NCBI GenBank assembly: GCA_963664225.1 | Contig: OY760937.1 | Coordinates: 2,272,001 to 2,336,000, forward strand | Length of the DNA: 64,000 bases | DNA from: Verrucomicrobiia bacterium | GTDB lineage: Bacteria > Verrucomicrobiota > Verrucomicrobiia > Limisphaerales > UBA1319 | Direction of reading: 5' to 3' | Shown here: one piece after another, positions 60,263 to 64,000 of the stretch | Position numbering within the stretch: the first letter of the stretch is position 1 | Layout of the letters: every line of letters begins with the position of its first letter | The notes under the pieces: generated by a model | Told to the model about the DNA's origin: nothing | Database searches by the model: none | The model's input: the letters and a program-made list of their open reading frames with translations, nothing else | Translations under genes and position numbers: made by a program

Positions 60263-61201
60263 TCATGGAGCAACACAGAATTTGGGATCTTTTAGGGCAT
60301 GATTCATCAATACGATGAGTTTCCGCATCACTGCTGTCAGCGCCACTTTGGGCTTCTTGCCCGCCGCCCGCAGCCTCTTATAAAAGGCCTTGAGGATGGA
60401 ATTGCAGCGCACCGCTGCCACGGAGGCCATGTAGAGGGCGCGGCGCACCCCGGTCCGGCCGCCACCAATGTGACGCTGGCCTTCCCAAGGGCCGCTCTGG
60501 CGCACCCGCGGGGCCAGCCCCGCCAGGGCTGCCGCCTGGCCCCGGTTGAGGGTTCCCAGTTCGGGCATCTGCGCCACTACCGTCACGGCCGTCAGCATCC
60601 CCACGCCGGGAATTTCCGCCAGGCGGGTGACTTGTTTTTGCTCGACGGCGTGGCGGGCCAGGGCGGCGGTTAATTCGGCCAGCACTGCGGCCAAACGGCT
60701 TTCCAGATGCCGTATCAGCTTGGCGTGTTCGGTGCGGACGAAGGGTGAGTCGTGGTGTTCGGCCTGATTTTTGGCGATGGTCAGGAGATCTTTGAGTTGT
60801 TCGCGCCAGGTCACCAGGGCGGTGAGCTCAGTGTGGGCTGGCGTCGGGGCGGTGGTGGCAGCGGGCTCCAGGGCCTTGCCGAAGGCGCTCAGGCTGGCAG
60901 CATCGATCGGATCGCTCTTGGCCCGCTGGCCGGTGGCGCGGGCGAAGGCACGGGTCTGGGCCGGGTTGACCACGCTGACGGGTAAACCGGCCGTGTGAAG
61001 TGCCGCCACGACGGCACGCTCATAGCCGCCAGTGGCTTCGAGGATCACGTGGGCACCGGGCACAGCACCCAGACATTGGACCAGTTGTGTGTGCCCCGCC
61101 GCATCGTTGGTCACGTCCAGGAGCCGTCCGGGAAGGTGAAGTTGGAGAGTGGCCTTGGCGACGTCCAGACCGACATGGACAGGGGTGGATTTTTCAGTCA
61201 T
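60263..61201 (-). CDS. IS110 DEDD recombinase (312 aa)
   Basis: VGLDVAK, ILEATGGYE, KSDPIDA, IPGVG, GLAP..RQSG (catalytic Ser) and ALTAVMRKL. ATG at 61201. Confidence 0.95.
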   Translation of the reverse strand: MTEKSTPVHVGLDVAKATLQLHLPGRLLDVTNDAAGHTQLVQCLGAVPGAHVILEATGGYERAVVAALHTAGLPVSVVNPAQTRAFARATGQRAKSDPIDAASLSAFGKALEPAATTAPTPAHTELTALVTWREQLKDLLTIAKNQAEHHDSPFVRTEHAKLIRHLESRLAAVLAELTAALARHAVEQKQVTRLAEIPGVGMLTAVTVVAQMPELGTLNRGQAAALAGLAPRVRQSGPWEGQRHIGGGRTGVRRALYMASVAAVRCNSILKAFYKRLRAAGKKPKVALTAVMRKLIVLMNHALKDPKFCVAP

Positions 61202-61210
61202 AATATTAAA

Positions 61211-61435
61211 GTTGTTCGGACTCATTCTTGCAAATACGAGCTGGCGTTGTAACACGCCGCTCTGGTAACGGTTCGAGTTTCGGACAAAGGCGAGCGCGAT
61301 TCATGCTGCCGTACGGTCTGGCTTTCACCAGACCAAGATTGGAACGAACACGCGTCCGCCGTCCCTTCCCCGCCTGCAGGCGGGGAAGGGACACCACTTC
61401 TTTCTTGTTCAACGCGAACCAACAAACAAGTGGCA
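61211..61435 (-). ncRNA. Predicted bridge RNA (5' hairpin, target-binding loop, donor-binding loop)
   Basis: Guides match the flanking target (TTCCAATCT, GTACGGCAG) and the circle junction (ACCGTTAC, TGCAAG). RNA ends are approximate. Confidence 0.85.
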
Positions 61436-61451
61436 AATTCAAACATACAAG

Positions 61452-61716
61452 GTTGGAAACCTGCGCTACGAGTTGCGGTTTGGACGCGCAAGCAGGTGGG
61501 TGGCTGCGTAACAGCAGCAACGGTGACTGTGCTTTGGGTTGCTGAGGGTTCAGAGCGGTAAGCCGGTCTGGAGACCGGCGCTCCACTTGCGGTTTTGCAC
61601 ATTCCTGAAGATTGGATTGCGCGCGTGCATTCCACGGTCTGCAGATTGGAAATCTGCGATACGGCAGACAGGATGTCTGCGCTACGAGTTGCGGTCTGGA
61701 CGCGCAAGCAGGTGGG
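61452..61716. repeat. REP-like palindrome cluster with a 40-bp direct repeat
   Basis: 61461-61500 versus 61677-61716 differ at one base; hairpins GCCGGTC/GACCGGC (61562-61579), GCAGATT/AATCTGC and GCAGAC/GTCTGC. Confidence 0.8.
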
Positions 61717-61785
61717 GCGGGGTTTTCGATGATCGCCGTTTTAGCTGTGAGGCCGGGCGGCGTTGCGTTATAGTGGGTGCTGAGA

Positions 61786-62901
61786 ATGGATAGTATTCAA
61801 TTAGACGCGAAGGTTAAGGAATTCGAAGATCGTGTGAACGGGACGTTGACGCCCGCGAAGGACGGGCCGTTCTGGCGCGAGACCTGGGCACTCGTCAAGG
61901 AAATCGACCGCGAATTCAAGACGGCTGTTTATGCCACGGAGGCGGATAAAAAGGCCGCCCTGTACCGATTCCAAAATATTGTGGATCAGATGCGGATCGA
62001 TCGGAAACGGGAGGATGCAAGGCAGGCGTCCCAGGCCAAGGGATTGACCGTGCTGCGATCCAGGATCATCAATCAGGCGCGGGCGGCGTGGCCGCGGCAG
62101 GACGGGTTCGCGGTCATGGTGAAGGAATTGACGGGTTCCAATCTGGCCGATCTGGCCGAACCGGCGCCTGTAAAAAAGGTTAAAACGCCTCCTTTGATGC
62201 CGGACACCGATCCGCGCGAGCGCGAGAGATACCGGCTGGAGAAATTGTCCGAGCGCATGCAAGTGGCGCGGGATCTTTTCGATGCGCAAAAGGAGGATCT
62301 GGTGCCCAAGGCCCAGACGGATTGCGCCAGGATTCTGGAGGCGGTTGAGGCCGAGTTAAACAAGGCCCTGGAGCTGTGGAAGAAGGAAACCGTGGAGCGC
62401 AAGCAGAAGCGGGGCGCCACTTTCGAGCAACGGAAGCAGGAGAAGCTGCGCCTGATCGCGGAGATGCACAAGCTCATTGCGAGCGCGGGCCAGGCGGGGT
62501 TCAAGGACCGATCCGACGCGCTGATGGCGGAGTGGAAAAAGGTGGGGTCCGCAGGCATGGATTATGAGGACGACCTTTGGGCGAAGTTCAAGAGCGCGAT
62601 CAATTCCTTCTGGGAGGCCAGAAAGGGCAGCCAGACTCAGAAGCTCCAGGCCCGGTTGGACAACCAGGTGGATTTTTTGCAGAAGATGCAGCAATCCGTG
62701 GAGCACGACAAAGGGGTGCTGCGAGAGAAACGCGAAAAGCTGCTGAACGTGTTCGATGGTCCCCGGGCGGAACTGATCCGCAAACAGTTGGGGGCCGTTG
62801 TGGTATCGCTGGAGCAAAAAATCCAGGCCAAGCGGATCAAAGTCAAAGAGCTTCAGTCAGAGATCACGGCGATCCGGCGCAATCTGCGGGATGCGGAATA
62901 G
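61786..62901 (+). CDS. Coiled-coil protein with DUF349-like repeat
   Basis: EWKKVGSA...EDDLWAKFKSAINSFW; highly charged and helical. Confidence 0.75.
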   Translation: MDSIQLDAKVKEFEDRVNGTLTPAKDGPFWRETWALVKEIDREFKTAVYATEADKKAALYRFQNIVDQMRIDRKREDARQASQAKGLTVLRSRIINQARAAWPRQDGFAVMVKELTGSNLADLAEPAPVKKVKTPPLMPDTDPRERERYRLEKLSERMQVARDLFDAQKEDLVPKAQTDCARILEAVEAELNKALELWKKETVERKQKRGATFEQRKQEKLRLIAEMHKLIASAGQAGFKDRSDALMAEWKKVGSAGMDYEDDLWAKFKSAINSFWEARKGSQTQKLQARLDNQVDFLQKMQQSVEHDKGVLREKREKLLNVFDGPRAELIRKQLGAVVVSLEQKIQAKRIKVKELQSEITAIRRNLRDAE

Positions 62902-62934
62902 AGGCTTGTTGCCACTTGCTGGCGAGGCTTGAAA

Positions 62935-64000
62935 TCAAGCCTGATGGCGGGCCTGGCGGCGGGAGGCGACCCCGGTTTTTTCCGCGCTTTTCGGATTTGG
63001 GACGGTGGTTTCCAGGTTGAACGTTCGCAGAAAAACAGGCATGTCGCTGCGTCCGCCCCGCTGATAATCCCTGAGCTGTGCAGGGGCGACGCTCTGCGGG
63101 TCCAAACCCTTAACCCGTGTGAGATATTCAAACACCCATTGGGCCAGACGCAGGAGGGCGATGCTGTGTCCCCGGCCCGCCTGATTGTAGAGCCACTCGG
63201 CAAATTCCATGAACGCGTGAAAGGCCGATGGCGCTCCCTGCCAAAGCATCGGGGCGGTTTCCACGAACTGACCGCTATTGGCCACGAGATCCCAGGCGCG
63301 GGCGAAGCGCCGAATCCGCTGCAGCGTGGCGAAGTCGAGCCGGTTGTTGCGGAGGATTTCGTAGGGCGGGTGCGGGTTGTAAACCATTTCCCATTCGGCG
63401 TCGTGGTTCGCAATGGGCGCGCCGTGCAAGCGTTTCAAGATGCCCACCTGGATTTCCTGGGGCTGCAACGCGAGCAACCGGTCGAAGCCCACCGCAAAAC
63501 TCTCCAGCGTTTCCCCCGGCAATCCCGCGATGAGGTCCGCATGGATATGGGCGTGGGTGTGCGCGCGCAGGTAACGGAGATTCGCCTCCGCCTGGGGCAG
63601 GTCCTGAAGGCGATGGATGCGCGCGGCGACTTCGGGATTGAAGGTCTGAATGCCCGCCTCCAATTGTATCGTGCCGCCGGGGAAGCGCGCAATCAACTGG
63701 CGCAGGGGTTCCGGGAGGCGGTCCGGCACGATCTCGAAATGCAGAAAGAGGCCGGGACGCATGCGTTCGAGAAAATATTCCAGAATGGCCTGGCTGATCG
63801 CGGGGTTGAGATTAAAGGTGCGATCCACGAACTTGAACTGCGTGGCGCCGCGTTCCAGCAGGCGGTCGAACTCCGCAAGAACGCGCTCCAACGGAAACGG
63901 ACGCACGGCGTCATCGAGCGAGGAGAGACAGAAATCGCAGGAGAACGGGCAACCGCGGGAGGCTTCCACGTAGAGGAGGCGCGAACGGATGTCCGAATCG
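62935..64000 (-). CDS. Radical SAM protein, probably B12-binding/DUF4080 type (5'-truncated)
   Basis: EASRGCPFSCDFC (CxxxCxxC), FKFVDRTFN and HADLIAGLPGE; the frame runs off the window edge. Confidence 0.88.
   Translation of the reverse strand, partial: DSDIRSRLLYVEASRGCPFSCDFCLSSLDDAVRPFPLERVLAEFDRLLERGATQFKFVDRTFNLNPAISQAILEYFLERMRPGLFLHFEIVPDRLPEPLRQLIARFPGGTIQLEAGIQTFNPEVAARIHRLQDLPQAEANLRYLRAHTHAHIHADLIAGLPGETLESFAVGFDRLLALQPQEIQVGILKRLHGAPIANHDAEWEMVYNPHPPYEILRNNRLDFATLQRIRRFARAWDLVANSGQFVETAPMLWQGAPSAFHAFMEFAEWLYNQAGRGHSIALLRLAQWVFEYLTRVKGLDPQSVAPAQLRDYQRGGRSDMPVFLRTFNLETTVPNPKSAEKTGVASRRQARHQA

Larger units (their letters stand above)
60253..61451 (-). mobile_element. IS110-family insertion sequence (IS621-like), complete, flanked by duplicated CT core
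   Basis: AG (CT on minus) at 60253-54 and 61450-51. Removing 60255-61451 restores TACGGCAGGTTGGAAACCTGC, a perfect GCAGGTT/AACCTGC hairpin. No terminal inverted repeats. Confidence 0.92.

Noticed and set aside
61202..61707. N-terminal extension of the IS110 ORF to 61255 and ORFs at 61206-61707
   Set aside because: They overlap the predicted bridge RNA and REP repeats; the RuvC-like motif begins shortly after ATG 61201.
57335..61716. Possible CRISPR arrays in the repeat clusters
   Set aside because: Units are degenerate or present only twice, spacing is irregular, and no cas genes are present.

Overview
Bacterial genomic window. The gene content and repeat style suggest a Verrucomicrobiota (Pedosphaera-like) genome, which is an inference. 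Bases 1-4.3 kb hold a partial MlaA/alpha-beta-hydrolase fusion and a type III PKS / methyltransferase / FAD-oxidoreductase cluster. Bases 4.3-33 kb form a general-stress-type island: small membrane proteins, CBM48, DUF883, cyclic beta-1,2-glucan synthase, an ABC pair, DUF3309, CsbD, AI-2E and YihY. It converges on a kaiC / broken kaiB / kaiB / kinase / CheB-CheR / kinase / kinase signalling cluster. One near-palindromic motif (GGGT-N3/4-ACCCCAT) lies upstream of five of its units. Bases 33-57 kb are mostly housekeeping: thioesterase, SurA-like PPIase, pdxA, bamD, lptE, lgt, RluA, a BspA-like LRR protein, a DegQ plus CusRS-like pair, rpsO, pnp with a long disordered tail, MFS, Rrf2 and DUF1080. 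Bases 57.3-61.7 kb contain two RNA-guided mobile elements inserted into short interspersed repeats. One is a group II intron with a non-canonical 5' end. The other is a complete IS110 element whose bridge RNA target and donor guides, CT core and circle-junction promoter can be read from the sequence. No tRNA, rRNA or CRISPR array was seen. All product names come from motif recognition by eye, without database searches.
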